A DNA stretch of 64,000 nt from an uncultured Acidimicrobiia bacterium (GCA_963796115.1 CAWCKE010000005.1:444313-508312), one strand, 5' to 3'. Shown: positions 50,141 through 61,422, numbered from the stretch's first letter. Program-made: numbers and translations. The notes: generated by a model not told the origin, from the sequence alone.

Positions 50141-51157
50141 CTACCGGGCGGCCCGGCCGAGGGCCCCCTCGCGAGGGGGGCCGGTGGTGGCGCGAACCAC
50201 CAGTTCGCCCGGCAGCAGGGGAGCGGCCATCGCCGGCTCCCCCGCCATGAGCGAGCGCATCATGGCCCAGGCACGGGCGCCGAGATCGAATCGTTGGACG
50301 CGCACGGTGGTCAGCGGCGGATTGGCGTACCGGGCGTAGGGGATGTCGCCGAAGCCGGTGACGGAGATGTCCTCCGGGACTCTCAGGTCCAGCTCCCGCA
50401 GCCGGGCCATGGCCCCGAGGGCGGTCGGATCGCTGGTGGCCAAGAGCGCCGTGGGCTCGTACGCCAGAGCCGCGTCGACCGCGGCATAGCCGTCGTGGAG
50501 GGCGGTCCCGGCGGCCACCCTGACCGGGTCCAGGCCGAAGGCGGCCGCCTCCTGCACCGCCCGCCAACGCTGTCCCGTGGCCCACGACTGCGGGTCGCCG
50601 GCGAGGAAGGCCACCCGCCGATGTCCGAGGCCGTGCACCAGACGGCAGATCTGGAGCATGGATCCGTGTATGTCGTGGGCGAGCGCCGCGGGCGATGGCC
50701 CGGCGGGCAGGCGGTTCACGCAGAGGAGCCGGGGGCGGCCGACGGCGAGGAGTGCCAGATCGTCCTCGCGCATGCGGGGTGAGCACAGGACCACGCCGTC
50801 CACGTGGGCGTACAGGGAGGCCGCCAACTCGGCTTCGGCCCCCGCCCGGTCGTCGGATTCGAGGACCAGCATCCGATAGCCCTCCTGCCCGGCGCCGACG
50901 CCGATCGCCTTTATCACCTCGTGGAAGTAGGGGCTCCGCAGCTGGGGGACCAGCACCCCCACCATGCCGGTTTCGCCGGTGGCCAGGCCGCGGGCAAGCA
51001 GGTTGGGGCGGTAGCCCAGGCGCTCGGCCACGGCCCGCACCCGCTCGGTCAGCTCCGGGGAGACCGACGCCCGGTCGCCCATCACCCGGGAGACGGTGGC
51101 GATGGAGACGCGGGCTTCCCGGGCCACGTCGGTGATCGTCACCTTGCCGTGCGCCAC
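50141..51157 (-). CDS. LacI-family transcriptional regulator.
   Basis: Intact 338-aa ORF. VTITDVAREARVSIATVSRVMG (HTH) plus a sugar-binding-fold domain. It lies 63 nt upstream of, and co-directional with, the AbfD-like gene. Confidence 0.9.
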   Translation of the reverse strand: MAHGKVTITDVAREARVSIATVSRVMGDRASVSPELTERVRAVAERLGYRPNLLARGLATGETGMVGVLVPQLRSPYFHEVIKAIGVGAGQEGYRMLVLESDDRAGAEAELAASLYAHVDGVVLCSPRMREDDLALLAVGRPRLLCVNRLPAGPSPAALAHDIHGSMLQICRLVHGLGHRRVAFLAGDPQSWATGQRWRAVQEAAAFGLDPVRVAAGTALHDGYAAVDAALAYEPTALLATSDPTALGAMARLRELDLRVPEDISVTGFGDIPYARYANPPLTTVRVQRFDLGARAWAMMRSLMAGEPAMAAPLLPGELVVRATTGPPREGALGRAAR

Positions 51158-51329
51158 CCGACTCCTCCCTGTGCCGTGCCGGACAGTCTGGCTACCGACT
51201 CGGGTGGACCGGCACTCGGCCGTCCGGCGGCCCGAAGGCTACGACTCTCTGGCCGCGGCCGACGTCTCCAGCCCGCGACGGAAGCACCCCTCCGAAGCGG
51301 AGGGAATGCTATCAGGGCAAGTGACACCG

Positions 51330-51432
51330 GATCGGAGCATCTCTGCTCAGATCGCGGATCGGGGGGTGCGGCGGCGTCTCCGGTCGGGGCGGCGCCCCGG
51401 TGGTACGCTGCCGCCCGTTCCAGGGGACGGAT
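51330..51432 (+). promoter_or_regulatory. leuS leader: a candidate translational T-box-like element with mutually exclusive helices.
   Basis: GGUGGUAC at 51399-51406 matches the T-box core GGUGGUAC(CGCG). GGGCGGC (51387-51393) can pair with GCCGCCC (51410-51416), enclosing it. The same CCGCCC (51411-51416) can instead pair with the Shine-Dalgarno region GGGGACGG (51423-51430), just before GTG 51433. Confidence 0.4.
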
Positions 51433-54175
51433 GTGGCCGGGTACGACCATCGCAGCATCGAGAGCAAGTGGCAGCGCCGCTGGGCCGAGCAAGGCACCTT
51501 CCGGGTGGCCAACCCCGGGGAACCCGGCTTCGACCCCTCCCGCCCCAAGCTCTACGTGCTCGACATGTTCCCCTACCCCTCCGGGGAGGGCCTGCACGTC
51601 GGGCACCCGCTCGGCTACATCGCCACCGACATCTACTCGCGCTTCCAGCGCATGCGGGGACGCAACGTCCTGCACCCCATGGGCTTCGATGCCTTCGGGC
51701 TCCCCGCCGAGCAGTACGCAGTGGAGACCGGGGTCCATCCCCGTGCCACCACCGAGCGCAACATCGCCACATTCGAGCGACAGCTACGCGCCTTCGGCCT
51801 CTCCTACGACTGGGACCGCCGCGTGGCCACCACGGATCCCGGCTACGTCCGCTGGACCCAATGGATCTTCCTCCGCCTGTTCTCCTCGTGGTTCGACCCG
51901 GAGCAGGGCAAGGCCCGGCCCATCTCCGAACTGGAGGAGGAGCTGGCCGTCGGCGAGCGTCTGGCGGACGGGCGCCCCTGGACGACGCTCGACGAGGCCG
52001 AGCGCCGGTCCTACCTGGACGGCGAGCGCCTGGCCTACATCGACGAGGTCTCGGTGAACTGGTGCCCCGGCCTGGGCACCGTGCTGGCCAACGAGGAGGT
52101 GACCCGGGAAGGGCGCTCCGAGCGGGGCGACTTCCCGGTGTACCGGCGCCCCCTGCGCCAGTGGATGCTGCGCATCACCGCCTACGCCGAGCGCCTCCTG
52201 GGCGACCTGGAGCTGGTCGATTGGCCGGAGTCGATCAAGGCGATGCAGCGCAACTGGATCGGGCGCAGCGAGGGCGCCCGGGTGGTCTTCCCGGTGGCCG
52301 GTGGAGACGAGGTCATCGAGGTCTTCACCACCCGTCCCGACACCCTGTTCGGGGCCACCTACATGGTGCTCGCCCCGGAGCACCCGTTGGTGGGCGACAT
52401 CATCCCCGAGGCCTGGCCCCAGGGGACCCCGCCGGGGTGGACGGGAGGGGCGGCCGCCCCCGCCGAGGCTGTGGCGGCCTACCAGCGGCAGGCGGCGGGG
52501 CGATCCGAGCTGGAACGGCAGGCCGATGCCCGGGAGAAGACGGGGGTGTTCATCGGCCGTTTCGCCGTCAACCCGGTCAACGGCGCCGAGATCCCGGTCT
52601 TCATCGCCGACTACGTGCTCATGGGCTACGGGACCGGGGCCATCATGGCGGTGCCGGCCCAGGACGAGCGCGACTGGGAGTTCGCCGAGGTGTTCGGCCT
52701 GCCCATCGTGCGCACCGTGGAGCCCCCCGAAGGGTGGGAGGGAAAGGCCTACCTCGGGGATGGGCCCGCCGTCAACAGCGGGTTCCTGAACGGGCTCCAC
52801 GTCGCGGAGGCCAAGGCCCGGATGACCGCGTGGCTGGAAGAGCGCGGCCTGGGGAGCGGGGCCATCACGTACAAGCTGCGCGACTGGCTCTTCAGCCGGC
52901 AGCGCTACTGGGGCGAGCCGATCCCCATCCTCCACGGGCCCGACGGTGAGCTGCGGCCCCTCGGCGATGACGAGCTGCCCCTGCTGCTGCCGGAGATCGA
53001 GGACTACCGCCCGCGCACCGACCTGCCCGAGGATGCCGAGCCGGAGCCGGCTCTGGGCCGGGCCCCCGAGCGGTGGAGTCAGGTGGCCATCGACGGAGTG
53101 GCCTACCGCCGCGAGCTGAACACGATGCCGCAGTGGGCGGGCTCCTGCTGGTACTACCTGCGCTTCTGCGATCCCCACAACGACTCGGCCCTGGTGGGCC
53201 GCGAGGCGGAGCGGTACTGGATGGGCGAGCGGGGAGTGGACCTCTACGTGGGCGGGGTGGAGCACGCCGTGCTCCACCTGCTCTACGCCCGCTTCTGGCA
53301 CAAGGTGCTCTACGACCTCGGCCACGTATCCACGCCCGAGCCCTTCGGGCGCCTGTACAACCAGGGGTACATCCTCGCCGATGCCTTCCAGGACGAGCGC
53401 GGCGTCTACGTGCCGGCAGGCGAAGTGGTCGAAGAAGGCGGGGTCCTGCTCTATCGGGGACGGCCGGTGACCCGGACCCACGGCAAGATGGGAAAGTCGC
53501 TGAAGAACTCGGTGAGCCCCGATGAGGTGTTCGCCCAGCACGGCGTGGACACGCTGCGGCTCTACGAGATGTTCATGGGCCCGCTCGACGCCTCCAAGCC
53601 CTGGACGACTCGGGACATCGTCGGTGTGCATCGCTTCGTTCTCCGCCTGTGGCGCAGCCTGATCGATCCCGGCTCGGGCGAGCTGCTGGTCGATGAGGAG
53701 GAGCCCGGGCCCGACGCTGCTCGCCCTGACCCACCGCACGATCGCTGCCGTCACCGCCGACCTGGAGGCGCTGCGCTTCAACACCGCGGTGGCCCGGTTC
53801 TTCGAACTGAACAACGCCCTGGTGGGTGAGGAGCGGGTCCCCCGTTGGGTCGCCGACGTCTTCGTGCGGCTGCTCGCCCCCTTCGCCCCGCATCTGGGCG
53901 AGGAGCTGTGGGAGCGCCTCGGCCATAGCGAGTCGGTGGCGCTGGCCCCCTGGCCGGAGTTCGACCCCGCCCTGGCGGCCGAGGAGACGGTGACCCTCGT
54001 GGTGCAGGTGAACGGCAAGGTGCGCGATCGCATCCCGGTGGCCGCAGGGATCACGGCGGAGGAGGCGCAGTCACGGGCTCTGGCCTCCGAGAAGGTGCTG
54101 CCCCACCTGAAGGGGAGTACCCCGGCACGGGTGGTGGTTCGTCCCCCCGGCCTGGTCAACATCGTGGTGCCGTGA
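51433..54175 (+). CDS. leuS: Leucine--tRNA ligase, with a frame change near 53715.
   Basis: [39 protein letters not shown] (HIGH-type)..[44 protein letters not shown] (KMSKS). The C-terminus comes from track ORF 53693..54175: [37 protein letters not shown]. Confidence 0.95.
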
Positions 54176-54895
54176 GCGGCACTCCCGGCGGGCCGGAGGG
54201 GGAGGCGGCCGGGCCTTTCGCGCCGCCGGCTGGGCAGTGGAAGGCCGTTCATGCCGTCGCCGCCTTCGCGGCGGGCATAGCGGCGTCGCTCGCGGCCGCC
54301 CTGCCGGTGGCTTCGGGGGGGATCACGCCCTTCGAGGCCTTCGCGGTGGTGGGCCCCGCCCAGTCGCTGGCCACCATCGCCGTGGTGGCTGCGCTCAAGT
54401 GGTCCTCCCGTCCCGCGCGAGGACCTGGGCCTCCGCTTCGCCCCCGCCGATGCCTGGGGACTGCCGGCGGGGGCATTGCTGCAGATCGCCCTGTCGCTGC
54501 TGCTTTCTGTCGTGGTGGTCGTGTTCTTCCGCGAAGAGGCCCCGGTTCAGGACGTGGTCCAGGTGGTGGACGAGGCGACGGGGCTGGGCACCCGGGTGGC
54601 CGTGGTGATCACTGCCGTGGTGCTCGCCCCGTTGGCGGAGGAGCTCGTCTTCCGCGGGGTCCTGCTCCGGGCCCTCGCCCACCGCCTTCCGCGCTGGGCG
54701 GCGGTCCTGGTATCCGCGGGCGCTTTCGCCGTGGGGCACCTGCTCGACCCCAATGCCGGGCTGGCGGTGCCCGCTCTCTTCGTGGCCGGCCTGGTGCTCG
54801 CCCGGCAGGTGCTGAAGAGCGGCCGCCTGGGCGGTGCGATCGCCATGCACGCCGGGTTCAACCTGCTCTCGGTCCTCCTGCTGTTCTTCACCTGA
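54172..54895 (+). CDS. CPBP-family intramembrane glutamic endopeptidase (CAAX protease-like), with a frame change near 54415.
   Basis: APLAEELVFRGVLL (EExxxR), FAVGHL (FxxxH), AMHAGFNL (HxxxN), from track ORF 54476..54895. The N-terminal TM segments come from ORF 54172. Confidence 0.8.
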
Positions 54896-54986
54896 GACGG
54901 CGGGGTTCGCCGGAGAGGCCCGGCCGTCGCCCGGGACGAGGGTCTTCCCCCGGGGGCCGGGGCGTGGTAGTGGGGAGGCGCCGATC

Positions 54987-55532
54987 GTGGAGGCCGTCGT
55001 GGACCGCCCGCAGTGGATCGCCGCCGCCCTGGTGCTGGCGGCCGCGGGCGCGGTGGGCCTCTGGTATGCGGGGCGAACGCCGGCCGCGCCCCCGGTGGCG
55101 GTGGACCCCGCCGGTTCGGCGGAGCGGGTCATCACCGTGCACGTTGCCGGGGCCGTGGCCTCGCCGGGGGTGGTCCAGGTGGCCGCCGGCTGCCGGGTGG
55201 GCGCCGCCATCGCCGCCGCCGGCGGGGTGCTGCCTGAGGCCGACCTGGCCCGGGTGAACCTGGCGGCGCCGCTGGCCGACGGCCAGCAGGTGGTGGTGCC
55301 GCGGATCTCGGTGGACGAGGGCGCCGTCGCCGGGGACGGCCGCGTGCGCATCAACCTGGCCGGGGCCGACGAACTCGAGTCGCTGCCCGGGGTGGGCCCG
55401 GTGCTGGCCGAGCGCATCGTCGCCTACCGCGAGGAGCACGGGCCCTTCACCGTGGTGGAGGATCTGCTCGACGTGCCCGGCATCGGTGAGGCGAAGCTGG
55501 CCGCCCTGCGGGAGGCGGTGCTGGTGCCCTGA
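54987..55532 (+). CDS. comEA: ComEA-family DNA-binding protein (SLBB + helix-hairpin-helix).
   Basis: GTG 54987 follows GGGGAGG. After a TM anchor: VHVAGAVASPGVVQV..VNLAAPLADGQQVVVP, then INLAGADELESLPGVGPVLAERIVAYREEHGPFTVVEDLLDVPGIGEAKL (HhH x2). Confidence 0.85.
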   Translation: MEAVVDRPQWIAAALVLAAAGAVGLWYAGRTPAAPPVAVDPAGSAERVITVHVAGAVASPGVVQVAAGCRVGAAIAAAGGVLPEADLARVNLAAPLADGQQVVVPRISVDEGAVAGDGRVRINLAGADELESLPGVGPVLAERIVAYREEHGPFTVVEDLLDVPGIGEAKLAALREAVLVP

Positions 55533-55538
55533 CGGGGC

Positions 55539-57693
55539 ATGCCGGGCGGCCGGCCGGCCGTCTGCAGCTGCCGGCGGGGCCGGGGGCGGCCGCCTGCGGC
55601 GCGGCCGCTCTCGCCTGGGCGGGGGCGGCGGTGGGGGCGCGTTCGTTCGTCGCCGGGCTCGGCCTGGCCGCCGCCGCCGGGTGGTGCTCGACCCGCCTGC
55701 GGCGCGGGGCCTGGCCGGTGGTGGCGGCCCTGGTGGTCGCCGCCGCCGCGTCGGGGGCGCTGGCGTCCCACCGAGAGCAGGCAACCGGGGGGGCGGCGCT
55801 GCCCTCGGGCGGGCTGACGGTGGCCGGCCTGGCCGCCGACGATGCGGTGGCCCACGGCGACGGGGAGGGCTTCACGCTGCAGCCGAGCCACCTGCTGGCG
55901 GACGGGCGGTGGCAGTCCTGGCCGGGGCCGCGCCTGGCGGTGAGGGGGCCGGCGACCGGGGTGGCGGCGGGTGAGCGAGTGCTGGTGACCGGCTCCGTCA
56001 CCGCAGGTTCGTTCAGGACGGGGTCCGGGGTGGTTGCGGGGCGCCTGGCCGCCCGACGGGTGGAGCGCCTGGGCCCCGCCACCGATCCCTTGTTCGCCGC
56101 CGGGAACCTGCTGCGGCAGCGGGTGATGGACGGGGTCTCGCAGTTCGCGGACCGGCCGGCCGCCGCGCTGCTGTTGGGTTTCTTGATCGGTGACGAGAGC
56201 GGCCTCCCCGACGCGGACAGGGAGGCGTTGCGCTCGTCCGGCCTGAGCCACTTCGTGGCCGTCTCGGGCAGCAACGTGGCGATCTTCCTGGCCGCCTGGT
56301 GGCTGGCTTCCGGGCCGCTGGCTTGGGGCCCGCGGCGCCGGGCCCTGATCGGCCTGGCCGGTCTGGCCATCTTCGTCGTGGTGACCCGCTGGGAGCCCTC
56401 GGTGGTGCGGGCGGCCACCATGGCCGGCCTCGTGCTCGGGGGGCGGCTGGCGGGCCTGGCCCTCGACGGCTGGACGGCGCTGGGCGGGTCGGTCACCTTG
56501 CTGCTGCTGGTCTCCGGCGGCCTGGCCGGCGATGCCGGGTTCCAGCTGTCGGTGGCCGCCACCGCCGGGGTGCTCGCCGGGAGCCGGCTGTTCGCCGGGC
56601 GGCGGCCTCGGTGGGCCTGGACCGCCCTGGGGGCCACCGTCTCCGCCCAGGCCGCGGTGGCCCCCCTGTTGCTGGTCCTCTTCGGGTCGGTGCCCCTGTT
56701 CGCCCCGCTCACCAACGTGGCCGCGGCCCCCCTGGTGGCCTTGTCCACCGCAGTGGGAGGGGTGGGGGTGGTCACCGGGGCGACCCCGCTCACCGGGCTG
56801 GCCCTGGCGGCGGCCGACGCCGTGCTCGGGGTGGCGCGGTTCGGCCGCGACCTGCCGCAGCTGGGATGGGCGGGGTCTTGGCGGTGGGCGCCGCCGGGGC
56901 CTTGGCGACGCGACCCCGGCTGCGCCCGCTGGTGGCTCTCGGAGGGGTACTGGCGGTGGGGGCCGCCACTGTCCTGCCCGCGCGTCTCCCGCCGGGGCCC
57001 GAGGCCGTCTTCCTCGATGTCGGCCAGGGTGATGCCATCCTGCTGCAGGGGCCTTCGGGTGAGGTGATCCTGGTGGATGGTGGGCCGGACCCGGCAATCC
57101 TCCGCCGGGCCCTGCTGGGGCGTGGAATCCGGCGCATCGACCTGTTGGTGGCCACCCACGGCCACGAGGATCACCTGGCCGGACTGGCCGGCATCGGGCA
57201 ATTGGTGTCGGTGGGCCGCCTCTGGCACAACGGTGACGGAGAAGAGGCGCTCGGGTCGCTGGTCGCCGAGATGGAGGCGGCTGGGGTGCCCGTCGAGGTG
57301 CCGGGTCCGGGGTGGGAAGCCCGGGTGGGGGCCTTTCGCATCGAAGTGCTCGGCCCGCTGCGTCGGTACGCATCACCCAACGACGGGTCGCTGGTGCTGC
57401 GGGTGAGCGCCGGCGGGGCCACGGTGCTGCTCCCCGGGGATGTCGAGGCGGTTGCCCAGGCCGACCTCGGGCCGCTGACGGCGGACGTGCTGAAGGTTCC
57501 CCACCAGGGCGCGGCCAGCAGCGATCTCGCGTGGCTCGCGTCTTGTGGCTCGCAGGTCGCGGTCATCAGCGTGGGCCCCAACGACTTCGACCATCCCGCG
57601 CCGGAGGTGGTGGCGGCATTGGAGGCGGGCGGGGCCTTGGTGCGCCGGACCGACCTGGAGGGGGAGGTGGTGATCGCCCTGGCGGGGGGGTGA
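55539..57693 (+). CDS. comEC: ComEC/Rec2-family DNA internalisation channel with a C-terminal MBL domain, with frame changes near 55560 and 56873.
   Basis: ..ALRSSGLSHFVAVSGSNVAIFL.. (competence domain), then AVFLDVGQGDAILLQ..LLVATHGHEDHLAG..VLKVPHQGA (MBL) from track ORF 56299..57693. ATG 55539 can be joined to the conserved frame only through an early frame change. Confidence 0.85.
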
Positions 57694-57758
57694 CCGCGCC
57701 CCGGCGCCGGCGCCCGCCGCCCGGAGCGCCCGTCACCGGGCCGCGCTACGGTGCCGCT

Positions 57759-58766
57759 GTGGATACCGCCGTCCTCCTCGTGGCCGGTGCCGGTGATGCC
57801 GGCCCGGGCGATCGCGACGAGATGCTGCGTCGCGGGCATGCCGCTCTCCAGGAGGCCGGTGTGGACGACATCGACCGCATCGACGTCCCCGCCCGGGGGG
57901 TCTCCACCAACGAGGGCGAGGGGGCTCTGCGGCCCGAGGTCGAGAGCATCGTCCCCGCCCTGCAGAGCGGGTCGCTGTTCGGAGGGCGGCGCGGCCTGCT
58001 GGTGATGGACGCCCAGAACCTGCTCAAGGGCGAGGCAGAGGTGGTGGCGGCGCTGGTGGGCGGCCTCGATGCCGCCACCACCGTGGTCTGCTTCGTGTCC
58101 GCCGGCTCCCTGCCCGCCCCGCTGGGCCGCGTGGTCGATCGGCTCGCCGAGAAGGTCACGATCAAGAAGCTGCGCGAACGCGACGCGGCCGACTGGCTGG
58201 GCGGGGCGGCCCGGCAGCGCCGGGTGAGCCTCACGGCCGGGGGGGCCGCCGCCCTCGTTCAGCGCTTCGGATCGGACATCGCCTCGTTGGGCCAGGCACT
58301 CGATCAGCTGGCCATGCTCGAGGGGCCCGTGACCGAAGCGGAGATTGCCTCCCGGTTCCGCAACCGGCCCGACGAGCCCATGTGGCACTACGCCGACGCG
58401 GTGGGGGAGGGCGATGTCGGCGCCGCTCTGCGCCGGCTCACCGACTTCCTCGCCCACGGGCACCCGCTGCAGTTGCTGGCGTTCCTCGAGAACGACCTGC
58501 GCCGCCGGGCGCTGGCGCTCGCCGCCCCCGATCAGGCCACGTTCCTCGAGTGGGCGGGCGGCAGCGCCGCGCAGTTCCCCATGCAGAAGGCCTGGAAGGC
58601 CCGCAGCCGCACGTCGCCGGAGCGCCTGGGCCGGGCCCTCGACGCCATCGCCCGGGCCGACCTGCACGTCAAGACCATGCCCGAGGCCACCCACCGCCTC
58701 ACCATGGAGAGGCTCACCGTGGCTCTCTGCCAGTGGTACGGAGGGCGGGTGACCCGCCGGCGTTGA
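57759..58766 (+). CDS. holA: DNA polymerase III delta subunit.
   Basis: GTG inside track ORF 57312..58766. ..SGSLFGGRRGLLVMDAQNL..KLRERDAADWL..LTAGGAAALVQRFGSD..LDQLA.. It occupies the conserved position after comEC. Confidence 0.75.
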   Translation: MDTAVLLVAGAGDAGPGDRDEMLRRGHAALQEAGVDDIDRIDVPARGVSTNEGEGALRPEVESIVPALQSGSLFGGRRGLLVMDAQNLLKGEAEVVAALVGGLDAATTVVCFVSAGSLPAPLGRVVDRLAEKVTIKKLRERDAADWLGGAARQRRVSLTAGGAAALVQRFGSDIASLGQALDQLAMLEGPVTEAEIASRFRNRPDEPMWHYADAVGEGDVGAALRRLTDFLAHGHPLQLLAFLENDLRRRALALAAPDQATFLEWAGGSAAQFPMQKAWKARSRTSPERLGRALDAIARADLHVKTMPEATHRLTMERLTVALCQWYGGRVTRRR

Positions 58767-58770
58767 GTGG

Positions 58771-59250
58771 TCAGGCGCCGAAGGGGCGCACCGACACCAC
58801 TTCCACGGTGAAGGTACCGCCCGGGGCCCGGTACTCGACCCTGTCACCGGGATGGGCGCCGAGCAGGGCGCGACCCAGGGGCCCGGAGGGGCTGGCCAGC
58901 AGCTGGCCGGGGACACGGTTCTCCGGGGCCGCCACCAGGTACTCGGTCTCCTCGCCGTCCTCGCGGACGGTCACCAGCGAGCCGATCTCGACCACGTCGG
59001 TGCTCTCGGCGGTGCGGACCTCGGCGGTCTTCAGCAGGTGGCCGATGCGGCGGATCCGGGCTTCCATGAGGCCCTGCTCTTCCTTGGCGGCCTCGTAGTC
59101 GGCATTCTCGCTGATGTCGCCGTGGGAGCGAGCCTCGGCCAGGCGCTCCTCGAAGTGCTGCCGCCCGGACGTGGTGAGCCGCTCCAGCTCCTCTTGCAGC
59201 TGGCGATGAGCGGCGGGAGTGAGCCAGGTGGGCTCAGACTCTTCGGGCAT
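58771..59250 (-). CDS. greA: Transcription elongation factor GreA.
   Basis: Intact 159-aa ORF. WLTPAAHRQLQEELERL..HGDISENADYEAAKEEQGLMEARIRRI..ASPSGPLGRALLGAHPGDRVEY. Confidence 0.9.
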   Translation of the reverse strand: MPEESEPTWLTPAAHRQLQEELERLTTSGRQHFEERLAEARSHGDISENADYEAAKEEQGLMEARIRRIGHLLKTAEVRTAESTDVVEIGSLVTVREDGEETEYLVAAPENRVPGQLLASPSGPLGRALLGAHPGDRVEYRAPGGTFTVEVVSVRPFGA

Positions 59251-59263
59251 GGGGGGCCGGCGC

Positions 59264-59530
59264 TCAGCCCAGGCGCGACCGCACCCGCCGGGTGAGGCGG
59301 GACTTGCGGCGGGCGGCCGTGCGGCGATGCAGCGTCCCCTTGGCGGCCGCCGCGTCGAGGCGCTCCTGAGCGAGACGCAGGGCGGCGGCGGCGGCTTCGG
59401 CGTCGCCGGTCTCGGCGGCGGAGATCGCCGTCTTCGCCCGTGTCTTCAGCTCGGACCGGATCGCCTGGTTGCGGCGCCGGCGAGCCTCGTTCTGGCGGTT
59501 GCGCTTGATCTGAGAACGGATGTTGGCCAT
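59264..59530 (-). CDS. rpsT: 30S ribosomal protein S20.
   Basis: [33 protein letters not shown].. Confidence 0.95.
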   Translation of the reverse strand: MANIRSQIKRNRQNEARRRRNQAIRSELKTRAKTAISAAETGDAEAAAAALRLAQERLDAAAAKGTLHRRTAARRKSRLTRRVRSRLG

Positions 59531-59586
59531 GAAGCAGCGGCTCTTCGGTCGGGGACGGGTGGAGGTTAGCAGGGGGCTATGAGCGG

Positions 59587-59592
59587 TACAAT
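59587..59592 (+). promoter_or_regulatory. Candidate -10 box TACAAT upstream of lepA.
   Basis: gcggTACAATGCCggc lies 30 nt before the TTG start at 59623, in the rpsT/lepA divergent intergenic region. Confidence 0.35.
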
Positions 59593-59622
59593 GCCGGCCC
59601 TTCGCCTCTCCGGAGCCTCTCC

Positions 59623-61422
59623 TTGACCCCGACGGCGCGCATCCGCAATTTCTGCATCGTCGCCCACATCGACCACGGCAAGTCCACCCTGGCCGACCGG
59701 CTCCTCGAGCGCTGTGCGGCGGTGAGCCCGCGGGACATGCGGGAGCAGATGCTCGACTCCATGGACCTGGAGCGCGAGCGGGGCATCACCATCAAGGCGC
59801 AGGCGGTGCGCCTCCGCTACCGGTCGGCCGCCGGCGAGGACTACCTGCTCAACCTCATCGACACCCCGGGCCACGTCGACTTCACCTACGAGGTCTCGCG
59901 CAGCCTGGCCGCCTGCGAGGGGGCGGTGCTGCTGGTGGATGCCGGCCAGGGAGTGGAAGCGCAGACCCTGGCCAATGCGGTCCTGGCCGTGGAAGGCGGC
60001 CTGGAAGTGGTGCCGGTGGTGAACAAGATCGACCTCCCCGCCGCCGAAACCGACCGGGTGGCGGGCGAGATCGCCGCCGTGCTCGGGGTCGATCCGGCCG
60101 AGGTGCTGCGGGTCTCCTCCAAGACCGGGGCCGGGATCGAGGAGCTCCTGGAAGCCATAGTGAACCGGCTCCCGGCACCGGGCGGCTCGCCCGACGACCC
60201 ACTGCGGGCGCTGGTCTTCGACTCGTATTACGACACCTATCGCGGCGTGGTCTGCTACCTGCGCGTGCGCGATGGGCGGCTCTCCACGGGCGATCGGCTC
60301 CGCTTCATGGCGTCGGGGGAGCAGCTCGACGCGGACGAAGTGGGGGTGCTCACTCCGCCGGCGGTGCCGGTGGCCGCCCTCGGCCCCGGCGAGGTGGGGT
60401 ACCTGATCACCGGGGTCAAGGAGATCGACCGCGTCCGGGTGGGCGACACCGTCACCCGGGCCGACCGGCCGGCGGCCGTGGCCCTCCCCGGCTATCGGGA
60501 GCCGAAGCCGATGGTCTTCTCCGGGCTGTTCCCGGGCGACGGGGACGAGTTCGAGCGACTGCGCGAGGCGCTGGAGAAGCTGCGCCTCAACGACGCCGCC
60601 CTCTCCTTCGAGCCCGAGACCTCCCGGGCGCTCGGGTTCGGCTTCCGCTGCGGGTTCCTCGGCTTGCTGCACATGGAGATCGTGCGGGAGCGGCTGGAGC
60701 GGGAGTACGGCCTGGACCTGGTGGCCACCGCCCCCACGGTGGGCTACCGGGCGATCCTGCCCGATGGCTCCGAGGTGGAGGTGCGCAGCCCACAGGACCT
60801 CCCCGAGGTCCGCCGGGAGATCGGCGAGCCCTACGTGCGGGCGCTGGTCGTCACCCCGGTCGCCTACACCGGGACGGTCATGGAACTGCTGGCCGGGCAC
60901 CGGGGGGAGATGGGATCCATGCAGTACCTGACCCCGGAGCGGGTCGAGCTGATCTACCGGGTCCCGCTGGCGGAGATCGTCTTCGGCTTCTTCGACAAGC
61001 TCAAGTCGGCCACCCGCGGCTATGCCTCCCTCGACTACGAGCACGACGGGTACCGCCCGTCGGACCTGGTGCGGGTGGACGTGCTCCTCAACGGGGTGGC
61101 GGTGGACGCCTTCTCGGCCATCGTCCATCGCGGCGACGCCTACACCTACGGCCGGCTCATGGTGGACCGGCTGCGCAAGATCATCCCCCGGCAGATGTTC
61201 GACGTGCCCATCCAGGCTGCGGTCGGCTCCCGGGTGATCGCCCGCGAGACGGTCAAGGCCAAGCGCAAGGACGTGCTCGCCAAGTGCTACGGGGGCGATG
61301 TGACCCGCAAGCGCAAGCTCCTCGAGAAGCAGAAAGAGGGCAAGCGGCGCATGAAGATGGTGGGCCAGGTGGAAGTGCCCCAGGAGGCCTTCATCGCCGT
61401 TCTGCGCGTCGATGCCGACTGA
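59623..61422 (+). CDS. lepA: Translation elongation factor 4 (LepA).
   Basis: Intact 599-aa [39 protein letters not shown], and the LepA-specific C-terminus ..[23 protein letters not shown]. Confidence 0.97.
   Translation: MTPTARIRNFCIVAHIDHGKSTLADRLLERCAAVSPRDMREQMLDSMDLERERGITIKAQAVRLRYRSAAGEDYLLNLIDTPGHVDFTYEVSRSLAACEGAVLLVDAGQGVEAQTLANAVLAVEGGLEVVPVVNKIDLPAAETDRVAGEIAAVLGVDPAEVLRVSSKTGAGIEELLEAIVNRLPAPGGSPDDPLRALVFDSYYDTYRGVVCYLRVRDGRLSTGDRLRFMASGEQLDADEVGVLTPPAVPVAALGPGEVGYLITGVKEIDRVRVGDTVTRADRPAAVALPGYREPKPMVFSGLFPGDGDEFERLREALEKLRLNDAALSFEPETSRALGFGFRCGFLGLLHMEIVRERLEREYGLDLVATAPTVGYRAILPDGSEVEVRSPQDLPEVRREIGEPYVRALVVTPVAYTGTVMELLAGHRGEMGSMQYLTPERVELIYRVPLAEIVFGFFDKLKSATRGYASLDYEHDGYRPSDLVRVDVLLNGVAVDAFSAIVHRGDAYTYGRLMVDRLRKIIPRQMFDVPIQAAVGSRVIARETVKAKRKDVLAKCYGGDVTRKRKLLEKQKEGKRRMKMVGQVEVPQEAFIAVLRVDAD

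Noticed and set aside
55424-57376. 650-aa and 593-aa minus-strand ORFs opposite comEC. Similar antisense ORFs lie at 14020-15765, 27534-29294, 51784-54252 and 59566-61128.
   Set aside because: All are antisense to well-supported genes (comEC, the VanW protein, pbp2, leuS, lepA), are low-complexity, and lack start-site context. They are high-GC artefacts.
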